Positions 1-9,774 of a stretch of DNA of 64,000 nucleotides are shown one piece after another. The position numbers and the translations under genes were made by a program. Source of the stretch: an uncultured Dehalococcoidia bacterium (GTDB taxonomy: Bacteria > Chloroflexota > Dehalococcoidia > Lucifugimonadales > UBA1127); NCBI GenBank assembly GCA_913049785.1, contig CAJWXP010000006.1, positions 5,538 to 69,537 on the forward strand, read 5' to 3'. The notes under the pieces were generated by a model, which was not told the DNA's origin, ran no database searches, and saw only the letters and a program-made list of their open reading frames with translations. Position 1 is the stretch's first letter. Each line of letters opens with the position of its first letter.

Positions 1-1
1 T

Positions 2-1051
2 ATGAGCGCTACTGGACTCACAATCCCCGTGCTGCCTGGGATCGCGCCAGGAAGCGGTCCGGGCCACCTTGGCCTCTTTGGATATGACCCGGTGAAGTAC
101 CTCATCGGTCGAGGTGTACTTGAGGCTCTGGGCATCGGCGTAGGTCTGGAAGCTGGCGATGTCGCCGCTAGAGGCAACTTCTGCACGGTGGACGGCTCCG
201 GCATCATCACAGACCGCCGAGCAGGCCGTATCTCCACAGAGGAGAGCGACCCGCTGGTAGAGATGCTCGACAAGATCGATGTCCCCGGCGTCAAGGCCTC
301 CGTGTACCCCGTGAAGGACTATCGGTTCGTGTTGAAGCTGTCGGGCACAGGCCTGAGCGACCAGATCACGGAGACGGATCCCCAACGCGTCGGCGAAGCG
401 CCGCTGAAGGTTCGGCCCATCTCCAGTGAAGGAGCGGCCACGGCGGAGGCGGTCAACGCCTTTGTCGCAGAGGCCCAACAGATCCTGGCAGAGCAGCCTA
501 GGGCCAACATGCTGACACTGCGAGGGTTCTCCATCCTCCCGCACCTGCCTTCGATGGTCGATCGATATTTACTGAGTCCTGCCGCCATCGCTGCGTATCC
601 CATGTATCGAGGATTGGCCAGCCTGCTGGGCATGAAGGTCATCCCAACCGGCTCGACATTCGAGGAAGAGATCGAGACGCTGCGAGAGCACTGGGACGAA
701 CACGATTTCTTCTACATCCACTATAAGCCAGCCGATGCCGCCGGAGAAGACGGCGACTTCGATGCCAAGGTGCGCACGCTAGAGGAGCTTGATCGACACG
801 TTCCGGCGCTGCTCGATATGAAACCCGATGTGTTCATGGTCGCTGGCGACCACGCTACTCCAGCCATCATGGCGAGCCATTCCTGGCACCCGGTGCCCTT
901 TCTGCTACACTCCAAACTGACTTTGGGCGAGGGCGTTGAGTGCTTCAGCGAACGTGCACTAGGCAGCGGCTCGTTGGGGCGATTCCAGGCAGAGCACATC
1001 ATGCTCCAGGCGATGTCCCACGCCGACAAGCTCACGAAGTTTGGGCCCTAA
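2..1051 (+). CDS. apgM: cofactor-independent phosphoglycerate mutase, archaeal ApgM type (5' end outside window)
   Basis: The ORF runs off the left edge. The translation (..FYIHYKPADAAGEDGDFDAKV..AGDHATPA..SHSWHPVPF..) resembles alkaline-phosphatase-superfamily iPGM. It sits directly upstream of tpiA, a glycolytic neighbour. Confidence 0.75.
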   Translation: MSATGLTIPVLPGIAPGSGPGHLGLFGYDPVKYLIGRGVLEALGIGVGLEAGDVAARGNFCTVDGSGIITDRRAGRISTEESDPLVEMLDKIDVPGVKASVYPVKDYRFVLKLSGTGLSDQITETDPQRVGEAPLKVRPISSEGAATAEAVNAFVAEAQQILAEQPRANMLTLRGFSILPHLPSMVDRYLLSPAAIAAYPMYRGLASLLGMKVIPTGSTFEEEIETLREHWDEHDFFYIHYKPADAAGEDGDFDAKVRTLEELDRHVPALLDMKPDVFMVAGDHATPAIMASHSWHPVPFLLHSKLTLGEGVECFSERALGSGSLGRFQAEHIMLQAMSHADKLTKFGP

Positions 1052-1131
1052 CCAGGGATTGCCCTGGACCCATATAACGCCTTCGGGTTTGGCCGATGCG
1101 GTCACCATATTTCACACTCAAAAGGAGTTCA

Positions 1132-1899
1132 ATGGCACGACCTACCGTGGCTGGCAACTGGAAGATGAACACCTCCCTGGCAGAGGCGAAGAGCCTGGCG
1201 AGAGATCTGCGGGCCTCGATTGGCGACATCAACGGCATAGACCGTGTGCTCTGCCCCCCTTTCCCTTACCTGATGCTGGTGCGTGAGACCGTTGCAGGTT
1301 CGTCTATTGGCATTGGTGCGCAGAACATGAACTACCAGGAAAAGGGTGCGTTCACAGGAGAAGTTTCGCCCAGCATGGTGGCGGAGTTGTGCGACTACGT
1401 TATCCTCGGCCACTCAGAGCGTCGGGCACTCTACGGTGAGACAGACGAGAGTGTGAACCTCAAGGTGGAGGCTGCCCTCAAGGCCGGACTAAAGCCCATC
1501 CTCTGCGTAGGTGAGACGCTGGCCCAACGGGAAGCTGGAGCTGCAGAATCCATCGTTGGAAAACAGATCACCAAAGCCCTAGACGGCGTCGAGAATGCAA
1601 GTAGTTTAGTCGTCGCATACGAACCGGTGTGGGCTATCGGCACAGGAGTCCCGGCGACCCCGGAACTGGCAGCAGAGATCATGGGTGGCGTCATCCAGCG
1701 CAACCTGATAGCTCTCTACGGTGAGCCCGCCGCCCTTGAAGTGCCGCTCCTCTACGGTGGCAGTGTGAACCCTGATTCCGTCCAGGGGTTTATGGAACAG
1801 GGCTGCATCCACGGCGCGCTGGTTGGTGGGGCAAGCCTGAAGCCCGAAGATTTCGCCCACATCGTCCGCACAACCGCGGGGGTCAAGGGCGTTTCCTAA
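1132..1899 (+). CDS. tpiA: triosephosphate isomerase
   Basis: The N-terminus is MARPTVAGNWKMN, and the HSERR and AYEPVWAIGTG signatures are present. The ATG at 1132 is preceded by AAAGGAG. The track ORF (1096) begins upstream of the likely start. Confidence 0.95.
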   Translation: MARPTVAGNWKMNTSLAEAKSLARDLRASIGDINGIDRVLCPPFPYLMLVRETVAGSSIGIGAQNMNYQEKGAFTGEVSPSMVAELCDYVILGHSERRALYGETDESVNLKVEAALKAGLKPILCVGETLAQREAGAAESIVGKQITKALDGVENASSLVVAYEPVWAIGTGVPATPELAAEIMGGVIQRNLIALYGEPAALEVPLLYGGSVNPDSVQGFMEQGCIHGALVGGASLKPEDFAHIVRTTAGVKGVS

Positions 1900-1921
1900 G
1901 CGATAGGAGCAGAGAAGAACC

Positions 1922-2284
1922 ATGCCTATCACCAAACTCCAGTTCGAGATGGGGATCGACGCTGGCATTGAAGCGCTGATGGTAGCTCTCTACGACTTCT
2001 TGGAAGAGAACCAGGACACCGCCTACGCAGAGGAAGAGCTGTACCAACAGTTCGGCGTATCAGACCCCGGCACCTACATCGATACGTCTCACCTGGACAT
2101 CGCTCTACAGAAGATCGTCGAGACGGGCGCGGTGGAGGCCCGCTCAGTCGCCAACTCCACCTACTACGCCTTCCTTCAGGAGATCGACAAATCAACGTGG
2201 AAGCCCGTAGCGGATAGCGACAACATGAGCGGCGACGACGAGGGTGACGAATCCTCCGAGCCAGAATCCCCTCCGTCTGAATGA
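1922..2284 (+). CDS. hypothetical acidic protein
   Basis: 120-aa ORF filling the gap between tpiA and miaA, with an acidic Asp/Glu/Ser-rich C-terminus. No recognisable motif. Confidence 0.45.
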   Translation: MPITKLQFEMGIDAGIEALMVALYDFLEENQDTAYAEEELYQQFGVSDPGTYIDTSHLDIALQKIVETGAVEARSVANSTYYAFLQEIDKSTWKPVADSDNMSGDDEGDESSEPESPPSE

Positions 2285-3248
2285 CCTCCCAGGCTGCAAT
2301 ATCGTGATCACTTCATCATCCACCAAGCCGCCGTTGTTAGTGGTAGTCGGTCCTACGGCTGTGGGGAAAAGTGGCCTGGCACTGTCCCTTGCAGCTCACT
2401 CCACAGGCGAGATCATCAACGCCGACAGTCGACAGGTATACCGAGGCATGGAGATCGGCACCGCTGCGCCTACGAAAGTCGACCGCTCCGGCATCTCGCA
2501 TCACCTCTACGGCGTAGTTGACCCCTCCGATGGGTTTAGCCTCGCCCAGTTCATACCCTTAGCAACACAGACCATCCAGGCTGTTCATGACGCCGGGCGG
2601 CTGCCCATCCTTGTGGGTGGCACAGGGCAGTACGTCAACGGGCTTGTGCAGGGGTGGACCACGCCACGGGTCCCGCCAAACCCGACGTTGCGAGAGCGAC
2701 TAGAGGCCCTGCTAGCGAGCGATGGCGTGGAGTCGTTGGCCTCACAGCTTGAGGAAGTGGATCCCACGGCAGCAGCTCGAGTTGATCTGCGCAATCCGCG
2801 TCGGGTCATCCGGGCCATCGAAGTCGCAGAGGCTACTGGGCCGACCACTAATACATCTAGTCGGCAGACGCCGCCGTACAACACCTTCATCATTGGGCTC
2901 ACAACGCCATCGCGCGCTGACCTGCACCATCGTATCGACGAGCGCGTCGACAAAATGGTCGCAGGTGGTTGGTTAACGGAAGTGCGATCGCTGTTAGACC
3001 AGGGCTACTCTGCCGACCTGCCTGCGCTGTCGAGCATGGGCTATCGGGAGTTAGCGCAACACCTGGCCGGAGAGCTGGCTTTGGAAGAGGCGGTGCGGCT
3101 CATCAAAGTGGCGCACCATCGTTTGGCCAGGCATCAATACACCTGGTTCAAGGCAACCGACCCTCGCATCCACTGGCTGACCATTGGCGACGAGTGTGTG
3201 GATAATGCGGAGGAAGCTGTACGGGGCTGGCTTGGTAGCAGCAACTAG
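2244..3248 (+). CDS. miaA: tRNA dimethylallyltransferase
   Basis: P-loop GPTAVGKS and the motifs NADSRQVYRGMEIGTAAP and HHLYGV are present. The start is uncertain: GTG at 2244 overlaps the upstream ORF, and the in-frame GTG at 2304 gives a more typical N-terminus. Confidence 0.9.
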   Translation: MTNPPSQNPLRLNDLPGCNIVITSSSTKPPLLVVVGPTAVGKSGLALSLAAHSTGEIINADSRQVYRGMEIGTAAPTKVDRSGISHHLYGVVDPSDGFSLAQFIPLATQTIQAVHDAGRLPILVGGTGQYVNGLVQGWTTPRVPPNPTLRERLEALLASDGVESLASQLEEVDPTAAARVDLRNPRRVIRAIEVAEATGPTTNTSSRQTPPYNTFIIGLTTPSRADLHHRIDERVDKMVAGGWLTEVRSLLDQGYSADLPALSSMGYRELAQHLAGELALEEAVRLIKVAHHRLARHQYTWFKATDPRIHWLTIGDECVDNAEEAVRGWLGSSN

Positions 3249-4084
3249 GCTGCCCGACAGAAGGTCTCCAAAAAGGCTTTATCCTCGTTTGGCAGTGGCT
3301 CTGTCGTTGGACGGTCGCGCGCTTCCTGGACAATGGCATCCAACGCGCCTGTCGCAGCAAGGCAGGCCAATGAACGAATGATGTCAGCATCTACCAGACC
3401 TCGCTCCTGAAACTTCCCTAACGTAGCGAAGGCGTCCTGCATTGTCTCCTGGTCTCTGCCGTAGTAGTCCCGGCCCCTACGGGCGTTGTTGAAGGCCTCA
3501 AAATTCTCGCACGCCACCAGCAACATGCCCATGCGCCGCACAACAGAGTCTTCACCCTCCATTAGGTGCGGGTAGTAGTAGAGGATAACCTTTTCCATCC
3601 ACGGCTCAACCACCGCGCTCACAGCGCCAAGGGTTTCGACGTTCAGGGACAGTTGTTCACGCAATCGCTCTTTGTAGTCCATCCGCATAGCTATGTAGTC
3701 GCGCAATTGTGACGTCACATAGACATGGTTCGTTTCCAGGGTATTGCGTGCAAGATCAAGCCACAGATCGGCAGCAAGTTCTTCTTTCACGTCAGAGTAT
3801 CGTTCCTTCAACTCCGGCAATCGCACAGGGAAACCCGCTTGTTGGGCCAGAGTGAATATTCGACTGAACAACTCGGGATCCATGCCGGCCCGACCAAGAT
3901 CGTGGAGCAGCGCGATGACCTCGAGGCGCTCCATCCACTCTCCGCTGATACCCACCTCCGGCGCAGTCCGCAACACGATGGCTGTGGTTCGTCGAGCGTG
4001 GTCGCGATCATAGCCAGGTAACATACGCCCAGGGTTGGCTGAGTCGGGCGTATCGTAGAGGGCCAATAGCGCTTCGGCGTCCAT
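3245..4084 (-). CDS. HD-domain protein (metal-dependent phosphohydrolase-like)
   Basis: Only the last 279 codons of the 545-aa track ORF look real, from MDAEALLALYD to the stop, and they include ALLHDLGRAG. The upstream 266 codons are low-complexity antisense of dapF. Confidence 0.7.
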   Translation of the reverse strand: MDAEALLALYDTPDSANPGRMLPGYDRDHARRTTAIVLRTAPEVGISGEWMERLEVIALLHDLGRAGMDPELFSRIFTLAQQAGFPVRLPELKERYSDVKEELAADLWLDLARNTLETNHVYVTSQLRDYIAMRMDYKERLREQLSLNVETLGAVSAVVEPWMEKVILYYYPHLMEGEDSVVRRMGMLLVACENFEAFNNARRGRDYYGRDQETMQDAFATLGKFQERGLVDADIIRSLACLAATGALDAIVQEARDRPTTEPLPNEDKAFLETFCRAA

Positions 4085-4190
4085 AGGGCGATGGTACCAT
4101 GCCGTCGGGCGCGCTGATAGCTGGCCCTTGCTGGTGAGCGGTAACGCTACTACACTGAGGAATGGAGTCTGGATACGTTTGGAGACCGCA

Positions 4191-5105
4191 ATGAAGTTCG
4201 CCAAGATGCACGGAGCTGGAAACGATTTCGTCGTCGTTGACGCCCAAGGTCTGGACCATGACTGGGGCGCGTTGGCAGTCGCAATGGGTGACCGCCATTT
4301 CGGCGTGGGCTCAGACGGATTGCTGCTTGTGCTGCCCTCGGGGAAAGGCGACCTTCGTATGCGTATGTTCAACCCGGACGGCTCAGAGTCGGAGATGTGT
4401 GGCAACGGCATCCGATGCTTCACCAAGTTCGCCGTGGAGCGAGGTCTGGTCACGCTGAAGGATGGTAAGTTTCGCGCTGAGACTATGATCGGCGTGCTTG
4501 AAGTGCAGCCCATCATGGAGGGCGATAAAGTCGTCCGTGCCCGTGTGAACCAGGGCGCTCCCGTTCTGGTGCCAGAAGACGTTCCTGTGGACCCGTCGCA
4601 ACGGTTGGTGCCGATAGGTGTAGGCCATTCTACGGCCCAGCGTGCGACAGGCAGCGGCGCAGAGTTCTTCAACCCTGACGATATGGTGTTCGATTGGCCC
4701 GTTGCGGTGCCAGGACACTCCTTTTCGGTGACTGGCGTGTCCATGGGCAACCCCCATGCGGTCACGTTCATAGATACACCTGTGGACGAGCTGGCGTTGG
4801 CTGATTTTGGCCCTATGGTTGAGCACCACGCGTTGTTCCCCAATCGAGTGAACTTTGAAGTGGTCAACGTGATAGACCGCACCCACCTGACAGCGAGAGT
4901 GTGGGAACGAGGCGCTGGCCTTACGTTGGCATGTGGAAGCGGCGCTTGTGCGATTGCGGTGGCTGCTCGACTCCATGGCTACACCGACGACAATGTTGAC
5001 ATAAAGCTTCCAGGCGGCACCCTTTCCCTCACATGGGACGGGAAGGGCGATGTGTTTTTGGAAGGCCCGGTAGAGTTGGTCTATGAAGGCGAGTGGCCAG
5101 TATAG
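4191..5105 (+). CDS. dapF: diaminopimelate epimerase
   Basis: MKFAKMHGAGNDFVVVD and both catalytic-Cys contexts (MCGNGIRC and ACGSGACA) are present. The start is ATG at 4191. Confidence 0.95.
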   Translation: MKFAKMHGAGNDFVVVDAQGLDHDWGALAVAMGDRHFGVGSDGLLLVLPSGKGDLRMRMFNPDGSESEMCGNGIRCFTKFAVERGLVTLKDGKFRAETMIGVLEVQPIMEGDKVVRARVNQGAPVLVPEDVPVDPSQRLVPIGVGHSTAQRATGSGAEFFNPDDMVFDWPVAVPGHSFSVTGVSMGNPHAVTFIDTPVDELALADFGPMVEHHALFPNRVNFEVVNVIDRTHLTARVWERGAGLTLACGSGACAIAVAARLHGYTDDNVDIKLPGGTLSLTWDGKGDVFLEGPVELVYEGEWPV

Positions 5106-5425
5106 AGGATTAATTGTCTAGCATTTTGTTTAATCCCAGCGGTGGTTTTTGCCCATCAAGTGGAACGGGAAAACATTATTCGCTCCAAATGAACCGAAAA
5201 AATAGCACCAGGAGAATTCGTCTATATCTGTCGCCGTAATGAGGTGCTTTGCCGCGCTAAATACATTAGCGCTGTCTGGCAAGAGCATCGATCCACGGGT
5301 GACGGGCCTGACAAGGGGCCAGGCTGGGTGTGGCCAGTAGAAGAGATGGAAGAAGCTCCCATAGGCATACCCCAACAGAAGGTTTATAGGGCTTTTAATT
5401 ATTTGAAGGGAAACGAACTCTGGTA

Positions 5426-6601
5426 ATGAAATTCACCCAGCGCGTCCAGCAACTCCCCCCGTACCTCTTCGTTGAGATATCCCGTCGCATCGCGGCCAAG
5501 AAGGCGGAGGGCAAGCGTGTCGTCAGCTTCGGCATCGGCGACCCTGACCTGGGAACGCCTGACCCGGTGCTTGACCGGTTGGCTGAGGCCTCTCACGACA
5601 GGCCGAACCACCGCTACCCGGAGACGGAGGGGCTGCCGGAGTTTCGTGAAGCCGTAGCAGGCTGGTACCAGAATCGCTTTGGCGTCGGGTTGGACGCAGC
5701 GACGGAAGTGCTGTCCCTCATCGGCGCGAAGGAAGGCATCGGACACATCGCCCTGGGGCTGCTGGAGCCTGGCGATGTCGCATTGCAACCTGACCCGTCA
5801 TATCCGGTGTACAACGTGGGTACGCTGTTCGCCGGCGCTGAGCCCTACTGGATGCCTTTGAACGAAGAGGGTGGCTGGCTACCAGACCTGGACGCCATTC
5901 CCGCCGGAGTAGCTGAAAAGGCGCAGGTCATGTGGCTGAACTACCCCAACAACCCCACAGGAGCGGTAGCTGACCTGGATTTCTTCGATCGAGCCGTTTC
6001 CTACTGCAAGCGAAACGATATCGCGCTCCTTCACGACGCCTGCTACACAGAGGTGGCCTTTGACGGCTACCAGCCGGTATCCGCACTCGAGATCCCGGGC
6101 GCGAAGGACATCTGCCTTGAGTTCCACTCTCTGTCCAAGAGTTACAACATGACCGGCTGGCGAATCGGGATGGCCGTAGGCAACGCAGACCTGATCCGGG
6201 CGTTGTTCTTGGTCAAATCCAACCTGGACTCCGGCGTATCTCAGGCAGTGCAACAGATGGGCATCCGAGCTATGGAAACACCACAATCGTACTTGGACGA
6301 GCGTAACGCCCACTACCAGGCACGCCGCGATAAGGTCATCAGCGCCCTGAATGGTCTTGGTCTGAACGTGGAGCCGCCCAAAGCGAGCCTGTACGTCTGG
6401 GCGCCGGTGCCCACCGGGTTCACAGCGGCTTCCTTCGCCACAGCCATCTTGGACGACCTCGACATGGTGGTGACGCCGGGCACCGGGTACGGCAAGTTCG
6501 GCGAGGGTTACATCCGCCTCTCCCTCACGCTCTCCGACGAGGACCTTGAAGAGGGCGTGCGTCGGTTGGAATCCTGGAAGGTGCCTACACCGCAAGGGTA
6601 A
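5426..6601 (+). CDS. class I/II aminotransferase, LL-diaminopimelate aminotransferase (DapL)-like
   Basis: LPPYLFVEI..GIGDPDLGTP at the N-terminus, SLSKSYNMTGWRIG (the PLP lysine region) and adjacency to dapF. The specific DapL function is inferred from context. Confidence 0.75.
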   Translation: MKFTQRVQQLPPYLFVEISRRIAAKKAEGKRVVSFGIGDPDLGTPDPVLDRLAEASHDRPNHRYPETEGLPEFREAVAGWYQNRFGVGLDAATEVLSLIGAKEGIGHIALGLLEPGDVALQPDPSYPVYNVGTLFAGAEPYWMPLNEEGGWLPDLDAIPAGVAEKAQVMWLNYPNNPTGAVADLDFFDRAVSYCKRNDIALLHDACYTEVAFDGYQPVSALEIPGAKDICLEFHSLSKSYNMTGWRIGMAVGNADLIRALFLVKSNLDSGVSQAVQQMGIRAMETPQSYLDERNAHYQARRDKVISALNGLGLNVEPPKASLYVWAPVPTGFTAASFATAILDDLDMVVTPGTGYGKFGEGYIRLSLTLSDEDLEEGVRRLESWKVPTPQG

Positions 6602-6721
6602 ATGAGCCGTTCATGGTGAGCTTGTCGAACCACCAACGGCCCTTCGACAGGCTCAAGGCGAACGGTTCCCATCCAGGCCGATGTTGTCGTCAGAATTCCT
6701 TCTGACAGCTATACTCTACCT

Positions 6722-8056
6722 ATGGCATCTCCCACACCTAAAACCCCTCGATCCGGCCTATCTGGATTACCTTCACGCATACCTTTCTTCTATGGCTGGG
6801 TCATCCTGGTATCAGCCACCCTGGGAATGTTTGCGTCAGGGCCGGGCCAGACCTTCTCAGCTTCTGTATTCCTTGACCCGATGTTGGAGGAGTTGGGTTG
6901 GTCCCGCACCCTGGCTTCCGGCCTATACACGGCAGGCTCACTGACCGCTGCTGTCGCGGTCGTATTCGTGGGTCGACTGCTGGACAAGTATGGCGCGCGA
7001 GTCATGATGGCAGTCGTTGGAACCCTCTTCGGCGTTGCGCTGATCTGGATGAGCACGATCAACCACCCCATCCAACTCTACATAGGCTATGCTGCCATCC
7101 GCACGCTGGGGCAGGGCTCCATGGTGCTCATCTCAACCACTATGGTGGCCATGTGGTTCGTTCGAATGCGAGGTAGAGCAACAGCGTTGACCGCGCTAGG
7201 CGCCGCTGGTGGCCAGATCTCGTTTCCCCTCCTGATCCATTTCTTCGTCGACGAATTTGGTTGGCGAGGGGCATGGATAGCCCTGGCGATTATCGTTTGG
7301 ATGATCGTCATTCCTGTCGCAGTGTTCCTGATCCACCGGAGCCCTGAGTCCATAGGAGTGCTTCCAGACGGCGACATCAAGCCAGAGGAGTCCACTGACG
7401 CCTCGCTGCGATCTGGAACAATCACGCCACGTAGCGAGGGGTTCACTCTCAAGCAGGCCATGCATACCCGGAGTTTCTGGCTGCTCCTCTACGCAGGTTC
7501 GTCGCAGTCATTAATCGGCACCGCCCTGGTCTTTCACCTGATTTCGTTCTTTGACACCCGTGGCGTTGGGGACGGCGCAGCGGCAGTGACGCTCAGCATC
7601 ATGGCTCCCCTGGCGTTGTCATCGATGTTCATATCTGGCTACCTCTCAGACAAGATTCCCAACCGCTACCTCCTTGTTGTGAGTCAGGTGGGGTTGGCCA
7701 TCGCTATGCTCTGGGCACTGACCATCGATTCATCATGGCAAGCCTACGTCTTCGGCGGCATGCTGGGGTTCAGCGCGGGATTCACCATGACAACCTCAGC
7801 AGTCATCTGGCCCAACTACTATGGTCGGGCACACATCGGCAGCATCCGGGGCGTTACAACCTCAGGCATGGTAGCTGCAGCGGCTCTGGGGCCATTGCCC
7901 TTCGGCATCGCCTTTGACATCACTAATTCCTACTCCACCGTCATCGTTCTCTTTCTGGCTATGCCCGTTACATGCGCTTTCGCTGCCCTCCTTGCACCCC
8001 CGCCAGCACCACCCACACCAGTGCCAGACCTTGCGGTAGGTAGTAGAATCGAATAG
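6722..8056 (+). CDS. MFS transporter
   Basis: 444-aa polytopic hydrophobic protein with the GRLLDKYGAR loop typical of the MFS TM2-3 region. Confidence 0.8.
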   Translation: MASPTPKTPRSGLSGLPSRIPFFYGWVILVSATLGMFASGPGQTFSASVFLDPMLEELGWSRTLASGLYTAGSLTAAVAVVFVGRLLDKYGARVMMAVVGTLFGVALIWMSTINHPIQLYIGYAAIRTLGQGSMVLISTTMVAMWFVRMRGRATALTALGAAGGQISFPLLIHFFVDEFGWRGAWIALAIIVWMIVIPVAVFLIHRSPESIGVLPDGDIKPEESTDASLRSGTITPRSEGFTLKQAMHTRSFWLLLYAGSSQSLIGTALVFHLISFFDTRGVGDGAAAVTLSIMAPLALSSMFISGYLSDKIPNRYLLVVSQVGLAIAMLWALTIDSSWQAYVFGGMLGFSAGFTMTTSAVIWPNYYGRAHIGSIRGVTTSGMVAAAALGPLPFGIAFDITNSYSTVIVLFLAMPVTCAFAALLAPPPAPPTPVPDLAVGSRIE

Positions 8057-8089
8057 TCTCGAAGTGGATTTAGTTCACATAACGTTTGA

Positions 8090-9337
8090 ATGGCGACACT
8101 ACATCGCCCCGCAGCAGAGGAGAAAGCCCTGGCCAGGTATAGAGTAAAAGCCTCATCTGAAAGCACGAGCCCCACGCGACCGGAGCAGGAGCGCGTGTTG
8201 GTAGCTGGCATTTCCATAAAAGGCGATCGTAACGCTCGATGGAGTCTGACAGACTCGATGAGCGAGCTTGTGCAGCTTGTTCACAGCGCCGGCGGCGAGG
8301 TTGTGGAAGAAATCACTCAGTCCATTGACCGACCTACCTCTGTGTACATGGGACACGGCAAGATCGCCGAGCTCAAAGAAGCTGGCGAGAAGGTCGACTA
8401 CACGGTAGCGGTCTTTAACGACGAGTTGACCCCGGCCCAACAGCGCAACCTGGAACGTGAGCTGGAGGTCAAAGTCCTTGACCGGAGCGCGTTGATCTTG
8501 GACATCTTTGCCGACAGGGCGCGGACCAAAGAGGGCGTGTTGCAGGTAGAACTTGCGCAGACCCAGTACCTGCTGCCAAGACTCTCCGGGCAGTGGTCCC
8601 ACTTGGAGCGACTCGGCGGCGGCATCGGCACCAGAGGTCCTGGCGAATCCCAGTTGGAGACTGACCGTAGATTGGCCCGCGGCAGGATCAGTAAGCTCAA
8701 ACGTGAGTTAGAAGACGTCATAGCCCATCGGTCACGGCATCGCAGTCGTAGAGAGACCTCGCGCGTCCCTGTGGTATCTTTGGTGGGTTATACCAACGCC
8801 GGAAAGAGCACGCTGTTCAATGCCCTTGTCAAAGCAGGAGTGCAGGCTGAATCCAAGCCATTTACTACCCTTGATCCCATCACACGGCAGATGTACCTGC
8901 CAGACGGCTCCCGCGCGCTGCTGACGGACACCGTAGGCTTCATACACAAGCTCCCGCACGCCCTGGTTGCAGCCTTCCGCGCGACGTTGGAGGAGCTGTC
9001 CGAAGCAGACCTACTGCTCCATGTTGTTGACATAAGCCATCGCAATGCCGCTGAGCATATTCTGGTAGTTGAAGACACGCTGAAAGAGCTGAAGATGCAG
9101 GACAAGCCTAGGCTTCTTGTGCTGAACAAGATGGACCTGGCCATGAACAGTGACGATTCCGATGAGGCGACCGCTCCTGATCTATCCGCTCTGGGCGAAA
9201 GCGCTGAGGGTGGCGTCATGATCTCTGCGTCTGAGGGGTGGGGTCTGGAACTGCTCATGACGACGATTCTTGAACGGTTGGATCAGATCACTGGAAAAGA
9301 AGTCGCAGACCAGTCAGATGTCCACTTCATCGATTAA
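8090..9337 (+). CDS. hflX: GTPase HflX
   Basis: The HflX N-domain (LILDIFADRARTKEGVLQVELAQ..LPRL) is present, with G1 GYTNAGKST, DTVGF and NKMD. Confidence 0.9.
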   Translation: MATLHRPAAEEKALARYRVKASSESTSPTRPEQERVLVAGISIKGDRNARWSLTDSMSELVQLVHSAGGEVVEEITQSIDRPTSVYMGHGKIAELKEAGEKVDYTVAVFNDELTPAQQRNLERELEVKVLDRSALILDIFADRARTKEGVLQVELAQTQYLLPRLSGQWSHLERLGGGIGTRGPGESQLETDRRLARGRISKLKRELEDVIAHRSRHRSRRETSRVPVVSLVGYTNAGKSTLFNALVKAGVQAESKPFTTLDPITRQMYLPDGSRALLTDTVGFIHKLPHALVAAFRATLEELSEADLLLHVVDISHRNAAEHILVVEDTLKELKMQDKPRLLVLNKMDLAMNSDDSDEATAPDLSALGESAEGGVMISASEGWGLELLMTTILERLDQITGKEVADQSDVHFID

Positions 9338-9717
9338 GGCAATAGACAGCACGGCATCCCCCTCTGACGCTGACACCTTGAAGTCGGTCACGGCCTAGTC
9401 TATTTTCTTAGACCAAATGTTACACCTTCGCTCAGGAATCAATTAAACTAATCAGTTCGCACTATATCTATTATGTAATTTTCTGGAAGGGTTATTGACA
9501 TAATATAAGTCGTTATGTCGATAATGTAGATATGTCTGGTTGATTTCGGCGAAGTTCCACTCATTGCGTTATGTAACCAACGTCGGGGCCCCACAACACA
9601 GAGAACACGCCGTACATGGCTCGTTAGCGAGCCCCCAAGGCTATCGACTGACCGCATCAGGCCCTGCTGGCCGAGAATGACACTGGGCTATCAATCGGCC
9701 GTAAACAGGCCACAAAA

Positions 9718-9750
9718 AGAGAGGCTCCTACATGATTTGGGAGCCTCTCT
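9718..9750 (-). terminator. intrinsic terminator downstream of citrate synthase
   Basis: An 11-bp stem joins AGAGAGGCTCC (9718-9728) and GGAGCCTCTCT (9740-9750). On the minus strand it is followed by a CTTTTTGTGG run. Confidence 0.6.
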
Positions 9751-9774
9751 AACACAATACGTTATGTTGCGTTT

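Noticed and set aside
3245-4882. 545-aa minus-strand ORF, the longest ORF in this part of the window
   Set aside because: The upstream 266 codons are Ser/Thr/Pro/Arg-rich and lie antisense to the well-supported dapF gene. Only the last 279 codons (3245-4084) look like a real HD-domain protein.
5106-5425. Possible lysine riboswitch (L-box) in the 320-bp AT-rich spacer between dapF and the DapL-like gene
   Set aside because: GAGGTGC and GCTGTC-like fragments are present but only about 40 nt apart. The multi-helix L-box core (GCCGAAG and the other conserved elements, about 180 nt) is not recognisable. An Infernal scan with the Rfam lysine model would settle it.
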